Shown: positions 1-10,600 of the stretch, piece after piece
Layout: every line of letters begins with the position of its first letter
Numbering within the stretch: the stretch's first letter is position 1
Position numbers and translations under genes: made by a program
Notes under the pieces: model-generated
What the model saw: only the letters and a program-made list of their open reading frames with translations
Told to the model about the DNA's origin: nothing
The model's database searches: none
From: Candidatus Gottesmanbacteria bacterium
Lineage (GTDB): Bacteria; Patescibacteriota; Microgenomatia; UBA10105; UBA927
Length of the DNA stretch: 64,000 bases
Direction of reading: 5' to 3'
NCBI GenBank assembly: GCA_043798445.1
Contig: JAZDOQ010000027.1
Span: forward strand, 1,265-65,264

Positions 1-205
1 GTATGATGTTAATAAGCGCGTTAGGATCCCGCTGTTGGATGGCGCGCGCGATTTCATCTTTGTGTTGTCCAAGAAGAGCGCTCAACTCTGGATAAGACCG
101 CATTTGGTAATAAACCGCAAGTGCTTGTTCTTGAGTTTCAACAACGGCCGGCCCAACAGAAACAACAAAATCCTGTGCTGTTTTTGTTGTTGTATCATCT
201 GCCAT
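1..205 (-). CDS. Hypothetical protein, runs off the window edge (MADDTTTKTAQDFVVSVG...)
   Basis: Manually translated open frame from ATG at 205; TATAAT 7 nt upstream; co-oriented with the upstream ATPase. Confidence 0.6.
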   Translation of the reverse strand, partial: MADDTTTKTAQDFVVSVGPAVVETQEQALAVYYQMRSYPELSALLGQHKDEIARAIQQRDPNALINII

Positions 206-223
206 ACGCTGTATTATACTAGG

Positions 224-2092
224 TTACTCTTTTGTTTGAGGAGTAATGGTTTCGACAGTAAACATTGGTCGTTTGTCTGTTAGTTGTTGTTCTGGAGAAG
301 CCACATTTTTTATTTGTTTCTCTTCCGCTTCCTGTGGTTTCGTTGTGGCAAGTGCATGTTCTTCCTTACTTGCGATAATGCGTATTGCGGCATGTGCTGG
401 TCCCGCAAACAACAACCCCTCTCCAATATCAGAAGAGAGCAATCTGTGTTTTTCCCCCTCGGAAAGATAAAATATTTCTGCGACTTTGTCTATGGCAGCG
501 GAAGACTGCTTGAGAAGTATTTGCATACTGCTGTTTTGAATGATGGTTTTTCCAAGATCTCCAGCAAGAAAGTCCTCAACATCCTGCGTGATTGTTGTGA
601 GGCCGAGATAGTATTTGCGGCTTCGCTTGGCAATAGAATTTAAGAATTGTGCGGAATCCGGGTATTTCATGAGATACCACGCCTCATCAACAACCAATAT
701 GCGGCGTTTTATCGTTTTCCGGATTTTTGTCCAGATAAAGTCCAAAATAAGATACATGGCAATGGGTCGAAGCTCGTCTTCAAGGTCGCGGATGGAGAAA
801 ACGGTGAGTGGGTTGGTAATTTCCATATTGGATTGTTCATCAAATATGCCAACCAAACTGCCTTTAACAAATTTTTCAATGCGGTCGGCAAGACCGCGTG
901 CAATCGGATCTTCCATACCCGTGAGGGTTTTAAACAAATCCTCCATAAGTGGCGGTTCAGCGCCCTGTGTTGCTGGATCCGGCGTTATGCCTTTTTGTTT
1001 GTAGGTAAGGACGAGCGCCCGGTCAAGGATCGCATCCTCTGTTGGAGTGAGTTTTCCCATAACCACACGGAAAAATCCATGAAGCGAGAGTATTTTTTGA
1101 TTAAGATCATTTTCTTCCGGCCCCGCGTCTTTAAGAATAGAAAGATCAAATGGATTAATTTTTGTTTTTCCTCCGAATTCGAACTGAATATATTCTCCGC
1201 CAAGTGCGTTGGTAAGTGCCTCATACTCATTTTCTGGATCAATGATGATAACTTCAGTTCCAAACATCATGCTGCGGATAACCTCAAGTTTAACCATGTA
1301 TGATTTTCCGGAGCCAGACTTTCCAAACACAACGGTGTTGGCGTTTTCCAGAGTAAACCGGTCAAAAATAACCAAGCTTTCGTTGCCTTCGTTAATACCA
1401 TATAAAATACCTTCGTTTGCGGTTAACTCCGACGTGGTGAACGGAAACGTTGTTGCAAGCGACGTCGTGTCCATATTTCTGGTGATCATGAGACGATCTT
1501 GCCCCATGGGAAGTGTTGTTTTGAAGCCCTCCTCCATCTGAAGGATGGCCTTTTTGGTAACGATCATAAGGGACGCAAGCGTTGCCTCAACCTGTTTGGT
1601 TGTTTTATCAAGCTCTTCTTTTGTCTGCGAGGGGATGGTGATATAGAGACCAAACTGGAAAAAGCGTTGTGCTCCTTTGGCAAGCTCTTGTTGAAGTCCA
1701 AGCGCATCTTCAAGTGCAACTTGTATAGAAGGCTCAATGACCCTGCCGCGCTTGAGATCTGACTGGATGGTTGCTTCCATTTCACCAACCTTACGCTTGA
1801 GATTTTCAAGAATCTCTTCTGATTTAGAAGGATATATATACATGGACACGTCTAGGGTATGATTAAACGAAATGAGTGGCTCTAACCAATTGGCGCTGAC
1901 ATACCGTGGATATCCTGCAACAAATAGTGTGCGCACGAGTTGATCTCCAATTGTTAAGAAATCAAAATCAACCTCTATTGCCGGCGGGGCAACAATATCT
2001 TTTGTGGTAAGCGGCCCTGTTGGCGTTGGGCCGCGCAACGGACTTGGTGGCTGCATTGTAACAAACGTTTTAATAACAGTTTTGATGTTCAT
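224..2092 (-). CDS. VirB4-like ATPase (CPR conjugation/T4SS-like cluster)
   Basis: Walker A GKSGSGKS, IIDPENEY, Walker B VVDEAW, RKYYLG motif. Confidence 0.9.
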   Translation of the reverse strand: MNIKTVIKTFVTMQPPSPLRGPTPTGPLTTKDIVAPPAIEVDFDFLTIGDQLVRTLFVAGYPRYVSANWLEPLISFNHTLDVSMYIYPSKSEEILENLKRKVGEMEATIQSDLKRGRVIEPSIQVALEDALGLQQELAKGAQRFFQFGLYITIPSQTKEELDKTTKQVEATLASLMIVTKKAILQMEEGFKTTLPMGQDRLMITRNMDTTSLATTFPFTTSELTANEGILYGINEGNESLVIFDRFTLENANTVVFGKSGSGKSYMVKLEVIRSMMFGTEVIIIDPENEYEALTNALGGEYIQFEFGGKTKINPFDLSILKDAGPEENDLNQKILSLHGFFRVVMGKLTPTEDAILDRALVLTYKQKGITPDPATQGAEPPLMEDLFKTLTGMEDPIARGLADRIEKFVKGSLVGIFDEQSNMEITNPLTVFSIRDLEDELRPIAMYLILDFIWTKIRKTIKRRILVVDEAWYLMKYPDSAQFLNSIAKRSRKYYLGLTTITQDVEDFLAGDLGKTIIQNSSMQILLKQSSAAIDKVAEIFYLSEGEKHRLLSSDIGEGLLFAGPAHAAIRIIASKEEHALATTKPQEAEEKQIKNVASPEQQLTDKRPMFTVETITPQTKE

Positions 2093-2102
2093 AGATATGT
2101 TT

Positions 2103-2753
2103 TTATGTAGATTGTTTGTTCGGTAATGACGCTGGCATCACAACCCCCGGATTATAAAAAGAAAAAAATAGTTGTATAAGTTGGTCGTTTGTTAACTGTT
2201 GTGCTTTTAATCCGAGTTTGGAAAGAAGCCGAATTAAGTGATCGCGTTTTGGAGAAAGTGCTATGAGCGCGCGTTCGATGACATACGATTTTTGATATGG
2301 AAGACCGCTTTTTTTTGTTGAAAACAACACGCCCGGAGACACACCGAGTTCAAGGTTTGAAAAAGGAATAACAATATAAAACTTTTTATCGAGCACCTCT
2401 TTTTCCTTCACGGTTGATTCAATAAATGCGCGGTACCCGTGTATGCTGCTCGCAAGTTTAGGATTTGTTTGTTCTTTTTCTTTATCTTCAAGAAGAAGAA
2501 GATATGCACTGATGTCTTTGTGTTTTGAGCGAATCAGAATTTGAATGGGAAAGGAAAGAGAGTTGAGAATGCCTGCGTACGTATAAATCATTGACTCTTG
2601 TTCGGCGGAAGACAACAAGCTGAAATTAACCGCAGCAACACTGATAATAATCGCACACGATCCATTAGAAAATAAAACAATGTTTTGTGTAATGTCTTCA
2701 ATTTCAGTAAACTGTTGTGTTGATGCTCTGATGGGAACGACAGGTTCTGACAT
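2103..2753 (-). CDS. VirB4-associated (TraC N-terminal-like) conserved CPR protein
   Basis: STQQF-EI start, NFSLLS-EQE motif; operon with VirB4 and PrgI. Confidence 0.7.
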   Translation of the reverse strand: MSEPVVPIRASTQQFTEIEDITQNIVLFSNGSCAIIISVAAVNFSLLSSAEQESMIYTYAGILNSLSFPIQILIRSKHKDISAYLLLLEDKEKEQTNPKLASSIHGYRAFIESTVKEKEVLDKKFYIVIPFSNLELGVSPGVLFSTKKSGLPYQKSYVIERALIALSPKRDHLIRLLSKLGLKAQQLTNDQLIQLFFSFYNPGVVMPASLPNKQST

Positions 2754-2759
2754 AAAGTT

Positions 2760-3968
2760 TTAAGTATTTGTTGTTTGTCCAAAAATTTGTTTTGACAGGT
2801 TTTCTCTATCTATATCCCGCTTGCTTTTTGCGCCGATTTCAATTGCGGGAACAATGGTGCCATTCAGGGTAACTTGTGCCCGGTCAAATGTATATCGTCC
2901 TCTTGGATCTTCAACCTCGATGAAATACACACCATTAAGAAGTTGTGTGGATGCCGCAAATTGACCAATCTTATTGGTTTTTAGCGCGCGAAGAGGAACC
3001 CCATCTTTATCTCGTACGGTAACAAGAACACCGGGAAGCAGTCCTCCCTGGTTGTCTTTAATAATTCCGGTGACAACGTTGGTGAACGTGGTTAACCGAG
3101 GAAGGCCGGCTCGGGCCGCTGCGTCAGGCATAATAATTTTTACCGTTGGCCCCTGTGATTTTGGAGTAGTGATAATCCCGGCTGATTGGGCAGGTTTTTT
3201 GGGAGCCTGAGGAGTAATTGATTGTTTTTTCATGGTGAGAAGCTGTTCTTCTGTTTCACGTTTTTGTTTCATCATTTCTGTCATTTCTTTTTGCAGTTCC
3301 AACACGCGCGTTTCTGCTTGTGCCTTGTCGCCCAGTTCTGTTTGAAGTGACGCAATTTTATTTTGGAGGGCATCAAGTTCCGGATTTTTTTCTTGCGGCA
3401 CCACAGAAACAACGGGTTGTATCAACTGAACATGTGGAGCTTGAGTGGTGGAAGCGGCAACGCTCAATTTAGGTTTCGGGAATATGTCATCAACCCAGGA
3501 AAATAAGGAATCAAAAAAAGATTTTTTTGGTTCAGTGGGCGTTTGTGTGTAGAACCCCTGAAGTGTGGTTGCAATCGGCGTACCAGCTGTTTGTGTTGGT
3601 GGAGGCGGGGCAGAAGATAAAGCCGTACGTTGTGTTTGTGTTGTGGCGGTGACCGGATTTATCTGCGGTTCAGCCCTTGGTTGGGTTCTGTGCCACACAA
3701 ATTGTGTTGGGGCGTAGACGCTTTTTAGAAATGATAATACCCATACATCCATGGGACGTTCTTCAATGGGAACAAATGCAAACCCGATTCCCATAAGTCC
3801 AAACAATACGGTGAGCGGCCAGGTAAAAAAGAATGGAAGGGGAAGGATATAGGATAAGTAAGCGAGTATGGCTCCGGCCGCAAGGTACCCAAACTGTTTA
3901 ATCGTCATGTCGCCGATTAAACGGAACTGAAACGTCGTGACATTTTGCGGGACAGGATGTTGTTCCAT
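2760..3968 (-). CDS. PrgI-family protein with coiled coil and C-terminal carboxypeptidase-regulatory-like domain
   Basis: MEQHPVPQNVTTFQFRLIGDMTIKQF N-terminus plus 2 TM; start moved to ATG 3968. Confidence 0.8.
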   Translation of the reverse strand: MEQHPVPQNVTTFQFRLIGDMTIKQFGYLAAGAILAYLSYILPLPFFFTWPLTVLFGLMGIGFAFVPIEERPMDVWVLSFLKSVYAPTQFVWHRTQPRAEPQINPVTATTQTQRTALSSAPPPPTQTAGTPIATTLQGFYTQTPTEPKKSFFDSLFSWVDDIFPKPKLSVAASTTQAPHVQLIQPVVSVVPQEKNPELDALQNKIASLQTELGDKAQAETRVLELQKEMTEMMKQKRETEEQLLTMKKQSITPQAPKKPAQSAGIITTPKSQGPTVKIIMPDAAARAGLPRLTTFTNVVTGIIKDNQGGLLPGVLVTVRDKDGVPLRALKTNKIGQFAASTQLLNGVYFIEVEDPRGRYTFDRAQVTLNGTIVPAIEIGAKSKRDIDRENLSKQIFGQTTNT

Positions 3969-4100
3969 AAGGACACAATCTATTGTAAAGAAGAACGACG
4001 GATCTCGCAAGAGGAAAAAGCGCGTTAGGACCGTGAAAACTTTAATATTTTCATTTCACGAAAATAAGTGAAATTGTTTTTCTTGTGATATGATTACTTC

Positions 4101-6278
4101 ATGGACCGCGATTTTGTCGTTGTTGAAATAAAAAACACGAGAGACAGTGAAGAAACCCCACTAGCGATGGAACAAGTGTTTGCTGCAATGGGAAGCGGAA
4201 AACCACAAGGGTTGATGTCTCGATTGTTACAAGGAAAATCAAAAGAATCATGGTTGAGTTTTGAAATTGTTGCCGTTGATAGTGCAATTCATTTTTATTT
4301 GGTAACGACAAAAACCACACGTGCGTACATTGAAAGTCAATTAACTGCACAATATCCAAAACTAGCCATAACAGAAACAAAAGACGTAATATCAAGATTA
4401 TTTGAAACAGCACGTGCTGTAACACAGCTTGTGCTTGCGAGCCCCTTTTATTACCCATTAAAAACTTACAAAGACGTCAGGGACATTGATTTGCTCTCAA
4501 GTGTGCTTGGGTGTCTGGCAAAATTACATAAAGATCAGTCAGCAGCTATTCAAATTCGCGTTGTTCCAGCGGGGGCTTCATGGCAACGTCATGCCGCATC
4601 CGTTGTTTCGCACGGTATTCCAGACCCGTCGTTTCCAGGAAGAACAAAAAATCATCCCCAAGCCAGGCTTATAGAAGGAAAAACAAACCAGGTGGGGTTT
4701 CAAACAACAATTCGTGTTGTTGCGACGGGCGCCTCGCAAGAAGCAGCGCAGTCAACACTGCAAACAGTTGCGGGAACGTTTGGCGTGTTTGGGCTCGGTG
4801 AAGGAAACACGCTCGTAACGAATAAACCTGCATTTTGGCAACGGAAAAAACTTGAAACCGCGATGGTGGACCGATCCGGAGCGTTTGCTCCGAAATTTCA
4901 TGTGTTTGGTGCGTCAGAACTTGCCTCTCTTTGGCACCCCCCGGGATTACTGCTTTCAGCGATCAAAAATATTTCCTGGGGAGCAACATTAACCGGAGAA
5001 GCGCCAGAGAATCTTCCGATTGCAACAGACAACGAAGAAGACAAAAAAAAGATAAACTTTTTTGCGAGAACCGAGTTTAAGAACAAACCAACAACGTTTG
5101 GGATTAAGAGTGATGATCGTAGGAAACACTTGTATGTGGTGGGAAAAACAGGAACGGGAAAATCGACCATGATTGCAAATATGGCAATTAATGACATGCG
5201 AAATCACGAAGGAATGGCAGTTGTTGATCCACACGGAGATTTAACAGACGCGCTTCTTGACTATATTCCGTCATTCAGGCTTAATGACATTGCGTATCTT
5301 GATCCTTCAGATGTTGCACACCCGTTTCATTTAAACCCGCTGGAACTGAAAAATCCTGCACATAGAGAACTTGTTGCATCAGGAATCGTATCTATTTTTT
5401 ACAAACTCTATCACTACTCATGGGGACCGCGACTGGAATATATTTTGCGTAACTGTATTTTGACACTGCTGTACGTTCCAAACTCCACACTGTTGGCAAT
5501 TCCAGAGATTCTCACAAATGATAGATATCGGGAAAAAATAGTGATGCAGCTTCCGGATCAGGTACTGAAAAACTTTTGGATTAATGAATACAACAAGTTA
5601 TCTCCACAAATGAGAAGTGAATCCATCATGCCTATTTTAAACAAAGTAGGGCAGTTTCTGTCTTCACAAACCATTCGAAATATTGTTGGCAGCCCGAAAT
5701 CAACGATTGATCTTGAAGAAATGATGAACAAGGGAAAGATTATTCTTGTGAATTTGTCTCAAGGAAAACTCGGGGAAGACAACAGTGCGCTTCTCGGAGC
5801 CATGATCATTACCAAAATCCAACTTGCCGCCATGAATAGGGTGTATGAGGCAGAACACGCACGTAAAGATTTTTACTTATACGTTGACGAGTTTCAAAAC
5901 TTTGCAACAAGCTCGTTTATTAAAATCCTTTCTGAGGCACGAAAATACCGATTGAATCTTACGCTTGCCAATCAATATATCGGACAAATTGATGAAGACG
6001 TGCAAAACGCTATTTTTGGCAACGCAGGCTCAATTGTTTCTTTTTGTGTTGGCGCAACGGACGCCAGGCCCTTGGCGCGGGAGTTTGGACTCAAATATAA
6101 AGAAGAAGAGCTAGTGCAGCTTGGCAATTATCAAATTGTTCTCAAGCTTTCCATTGATAATCATACCTCAAGTCCGTTTTCAGCAACGACACTACCACTT
6201 CCACGGTCTCATAATCAAAGTCGTGAAAAAGTAATACGCGCAAGTCGTGAGCGGTATACGAAAACAATTGAGAAGTAA
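4101..6278 (+). CDS. VirD4/TraD/HerA-like coupling ATPase
   Basis: GKTGTGKS, VVDPHGD, YVDEFQNF, SEARKY motifs. Confidence 0.88.
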   Translation: MDRDFVVVEIKNTRDSEETPLAMEQVFAAMGSGKPQGLMSRLLQGKSKESWLSFEIVAVDSAIHFYLVTTKTTRAYIESQLTAQYPKLAITETKDVISRLFETARAVTQLVLASPFYYPLKTYKDVRDIDLLSSVLGCLAKLHKDQSAAIQIRVVPAGASWQRHAASVVSHGIPDPSFPGRTKNHPQARLIEGKTNQVGFQTTIRVVATGASQEAAQSTLQTVAGTFGVFGLGEGNTLVTNKPAFWQRKKLETAMVDRSGAFAPKFHVFGASELASLWHPPGLLLSAIKNISWGATLTGEAPENLPIATDNEEDKKKINFFARTEFKNKPTTFGIKSDDRRKHLYVVGKTGTGKSTMIANMAINDMRNHEGMAVVDPHGDLTDALLDYIPSFRLNDIAYLDPSDVAHPFHLNPLELKNPAHRELVASGIVSIFYKLYHYSWGPRLEYILRNCILTLLYVPNSTLLAIPEILTNDRYREKIVMQLPDQVLKNFWINEYNKLSPQMRSESIMPILNKVGQFLSSQTIRNIVGSPKSTIDLEEMMNKGKIILVNLSQGKLGEDNSALLGAMIITKIQLAAMNRVYEAEHARKDFYLYVDEFQNFATSSFIKILSEARKYRLNLTLANQYIGQIDEDVQNAIFGNAGSIVSFCVGATDARPLAREFGLKYKEEELVQLGNYQIVLKLSIDNHTSSPFSATTLPLPRSHNQSREKVIRASRERYTKTIEK

Positions 6279-6303
6279 AGGTCAATCCTCTATACTTAGC
6301 TTC

Positions 6304-6858
6304 ATGAAGATAGGACTTTTGGGAGGCAAATTTAACCCACCACACCTGGGACACATTTTTATCGCGCAGCAATGCCTGGACTTCGGGGGATTTGATGAGG
6401 TGTGGTTTGTGCCTAATTACGGTCAAAGTTTTCATGAGCCCGTTGCGCCCGTTGAGGACAGGCTCGCAATGACAAAGTGTATGACCTTGTCTCATACCAG
6501 GGTTTCGACAATTGAGATTGATAATACGCTAGATGGGAAAACCATTCATTTGTTGCCATTTCTTCCAAAGGAACACACACACACCTTTATCATTGGATCT
6601 GACCAACTCGCAACATTCCATCTGTGGGGGGAGTACAAACGATTGTTGGCAAACCTTCCCTTTATTGTTTTTCCAAGGTATGGGTATCCAAACGAGCCCA
6701 TATATGAGCATATGCAGGTATTGTCACATCCATCTCTCATTGCAACAAATATTTCATCAAGTAAAATTAGAGAGCGGGTGAGACTAGGACTCCCCATAGA
6801 AAACTTTGTTCCTAAGGGTGTTGCGGAATATATAAAAGAACATAAATTATATTTATGA
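6304..6858 (+). CDS. nadD: Nicotinate-nucleotide adenylyltransferase
   Basis: GGKFNPPHLGH, IIGSD, ISSSKIR; start moved to ATG 6304. Confidence 0.92.
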   Translation: MKIGLLGGKFNPPHLGHIFIAQQCLDFGGFDEVWFVPNYGQSFHEPVAPVEDRLAMTKCMTLSHTRVSTIEIDNTLDGKTIHLLPFLPKEHTHTFIIGSDQLATFHLWGEYKRLLANLPFIVFPRYGYPNEPIYEHMQVLSHPSLIATNISSSKIRERVRLGLPIENFVPKGVAEYIKEHKLYL

Positions 6859-7628
6859 AACAGATTGATCCGGAAAAAGAAACAGAGCGGATTATTGATT
6901 TTGTAAAACAGACGTTTCAAACTGCGGGGTTTACCGATGCAGTTATTGGTCTTTCGGGTGGCGTTGACTCCGCAGTTTCCTTATGTCTTGCGACTCGTGC
7001 ACTGGGTCTAGAACACGTATATCCCATTCTTTTGCCATATGGACCTTTAAATACGCGGGGAGTCTTGGACGCGATGGAGTTAATTGAAAAAATAAAAATT
7101 CCAATGACACACGTTGTGCGGATTGATATTAAACCAGCAGTTGATGCGATTGTTAGAATTGATCCATTTATGGATTGTATAAGAAAAGGAAATATCATGG
7201 CTCGTGTCCGCATGACCTATTTATTTGATCAAGCCAAAAAACACCATGCGCTTGTCATGGGAACGGAAAACAAAAGTGAGCATGAACTTGGATATTTTAC
7301 ACGGTTTGGTGATGAGGCAAGTGATGTAGAGCCGATTGTGCATTTATACAAAACACAAGTGGTCGAACTTGCCAGGTTTTTAGAAATTCCTCAATCAATT
7401 ATTATGAAACCACCATCAGCTGATCTCTGGCCAGAACAAACAGACGAGGGGGAGTTGGGATTTACATATAAAGAAGCAGATGAAATTCTTTTTCAGTTGA
7501 TTGATGGAAAGATGGGAAAAGAAGAAACCTCAAATATCTTTGAAAAAGATATGGTAATAAAAATTAGTACCCGCATGAAACAAAACAGATTTAAAAACAA
7601 GCTTCCTTATTCGTTAAGTATGCTATAA
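6855..7628 (+). CDS. nadE: NH3-dependent NAD+ synthetase
   Basis: GLSGGVDS, NIMARVRM, GYFTRFGD, PSADLW-QTDE. Confidence 0.95.
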   Translation: MKQIDPEKETERIIDFVKQTFQTAGFTDAVIGLSGGVDSAVSLCLATRALGLEHVYPILLPYGPLNTRGVLDAMELIEKIKIPMTHVVRIDIKPAVDAIVRIDPFMDCIRKGNIMARVRMTYLFDQAKKHHALVMGTENKSEHELGYFTRFGDEASDVEPIVHLYKTQVVELARFLEIPQSIIMKPPSADLWPEQTDEGELGFTYKEADEILFQLIDGKMGKEETSNIFEKDMVIKISTRMKQNRFKNKLPYSLSML

Positions 7629-7643
7629 TTTTAGAAAATACCT

Positions 7644-10600
7644 ATGGGAGAAAAAGAATCATCAGGAAAAAAAGGTAAGGAAATTGAAGAGATTGCGCGC
7701 GTGGTAGGTAAAGCCGTTGCTCCAAAAGTCGAAACCGTTTCTAATACATCCTCTCCAGAAAAATCGTCAAAAAAAGTAGAAAAAAAGGGTAAAAAATCAG
7801 TAGAGGTTCCAAAATCAAAACTTCAGCCATTGGAAATATCAGTAGAAGGAAAATTTGAAACGTTAGCGCCAAGGAATGAGGCCATAGTACACGTCATTGA
7901 ATCTTCAACAAAGGGAGAATTAAACCGCATTTTACATGGAAAAGTTCCCAAAGATGTTCAAATGATTAATATGATGGATAGGGTGGCAGAGCTGATGGAG
8001 GGTGGGGGTACACCAGATGATGTAAAGAATTTTTACATGCATAATAGAAGTACTGTCGCAGGATTGGAAGGAGAATTGCAGGTGTGCGGAGAGATTCTAA
8101 ATTTAGGAGATCGGTATCCATCTGGAGAGGCAGCATATCAATCGGTTCTTGCAGAAGGTGGGACCGGTACCCCAAGGGCTGCTACAAAACCGTTCTATGA
8201 AAATTATACTTTTAAAGCAAGTGGCGAGGCGGAAAAAAACGTGACTCTTGCAAGAAAATCAGCGGGTGAAGAAATTGTGGACTCTGAAACCGCAAGAAAT
8301 ATTGCAAAACATTTTGAAGATCGATTATTGAAAGGGGATTTTGCAGGAGACGAGACGGAAATGCAGCGAATGATTGCTGACATTCGAAGTAAGGGGAATG
8401 AATTGCGATATGGGGCAAATGAAGAACATTTTTCAAGCATTTATTTATCCAAAGAGGAGCTAGCGTTATTAATTCAAAATCCAATGTTGTTTTTTATGAT
8501 GAAATTGGATTTTATGGAGCGGGAGCTTCACGATCCGAATGCGCCATTATTTAAGGCTTCCATGAATCGTCTACAGCTTGCCCAGGAGTTATTTGGGAAT
8601 GAAAATTTCGATATTACGCGTCTTCATTCCAATGCAGAACCAGGAGAATTAAAAATGCTTTTGAATGATGTGCAGAAAGAAATGCATTCACCGATGAAAT
8701 CACAAGTTTCTGAAATGGTCGATTCACGTATTACCGCAATGTTTACCACGCACGATTTAAACACCTCAACAGACGCAGCCAAATTCGCCGAAAACATGAA
8801 AAATAAAGGAGACCGTCCATACTTATTCGCTCAAACGAGTGAGGGTGGATTAGTTGGAGAATTCAAGGGGCGATTGGAAGCCAATTTACGTCAAGTAACA
8901 CCGCAAGGTTTGCGGAGGCGGGAGTTTGTGGACACGTATCATCAAACCCAAGCAATAAATTTGACTATTAATCAATTTGAAGAAGAATATCCATTACTGC
9001 ACAGGCAAAAAATTATTGACTATTTATTATATTTTCAACAGCCAAATGCCGATGGGACGAAAGAATTATCGCAGGATATCATTAATTATGTTGATGGAAT
9101 GAAGCACGAAATAATTAAATCAATCGTTCGAAGATCAGAAAACGCCATGCGGTTGGAAATGCGTATGCCAGCTCTCATGACCCGAGGAATTGGTGCACAC
9201 GAGTATATGAGTATTAAAGGTGGTTCAAGTGATGTCATGCAAAAATTTACACTTGAATCAACAGACGTTGTTGAAGAAGGTGCTGCAGGAGCACTACTTC
9301 CACGCGAATTTAAACTCCGTAAATTTTTTAAAGGAGACCCCAACAGCATTATTGAACGAACCTTGTGGAATCATGCTGCAAGATTTACTGCGAATTTGGA
9401 CCCCATGGTAAAAAGAGAAACAAACGCAGTTGTAGACCAGCTTCTTCATGATTTGAATCTGCCTGCAAATGGAACAGAACTACAGAAATCCCTCAGAACC
9501 CGTGCAATAGAACGTACATATTACATGTTAAAAATGGATAATAAAGGTCGTGAGACAGAAGAGATTTTTAATAAGATGAAACACACATTAATAGAGCAAG
9601 CGCTAAAAAAAGGTCTTAGTGAAGAAGATGGGAAAAAAGCATTGAATAATTTAAAAAACCCGAATTTTCAACAACTCCTTATCGATCAAGCAAACTCTAT
9701 GAATTCAGATGGGAGCTTTAATGAATTAGTAAAAACAGAAGTTGGTGGAAATGTGTTGCAGATGCGATTATTTCGTGCATACCTATTTTTAGATAGTTTA
9801 TGGCGAAGCGATACATATTTAAAATCACTCCGTACTGGACTTCAGTTTGGTGGCGACAGATCTGTCGGAACAGCCCTCCACGCATCCGGTCTAGCCGTAC
9901 ATTTTGGAGTGTTTAAGGACCATGAAACTAAAAAGGAAGCAATACAAAATTTATCTAGAACAATTAAAAAAACAATAGAGCTTCGTCCGCAAGGAGTTGC
10001 AGAAATGCTTATTGATGGAGAGGACAGAAAGTTTAATACATGGGCGTTTGATAAAAAAAGAGAGGAATATGCATTTCCGGAAGATTGGATTGCTGTTCTT
10101 GACCGACGGTTTATTATGACGAACCAGATGATTCAACGGCAAGATTTGCCGGCAATTCGATATCAGGATTCAAAAACATTTGTGGATTTAGCAGGGAAAG
10201 TGGGGACGCCAGAATATGAAGCAATAAAGACAAAAGCTACATTGACTGCAGAAGCATTTAAGAATTTGCCCTTAGAGAAGCAAGATGAACTTAACAAAAA
10301 ATTTGCATCCCTTCTTGATGTGCATCATGAACATGATGAGTTTGAAGGCGCAATCAAGAAATTGATGAAGGAATCGCCCGATGTAGAAGAACAAATGGCG
10401 CGAGATTGGGTGGAATGGCGCTTGGTTCAACAATTTGAAGCAGCTCAAAGCATTTTTACTATTCAACTGCAGGATGTTGTTATTCAACCGGATGAAGTGA
10501 ATCCTCCTCCTGGTCAGGAAAAGAGCAAAGGAATAAAAATTACTCCAATTAACGATATAAAAACATATTTTGAAGATATGAAGGGATTACATGATGAAAT

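Noticed and set aside
35-1809. Several overlapping ORFs opposite or inside the VirB4-like gene, and similar shadow ORFs throughout
   Set aside because: Antisense or off-frame shadows of well-supported genes with no motifs.
224-6278. Integrated conjugative element or prophage
   Set aside because: No integrase, relaxase, att repeats or phage structural genes; the genes are interleaved with housekeeping nadD/nadE.
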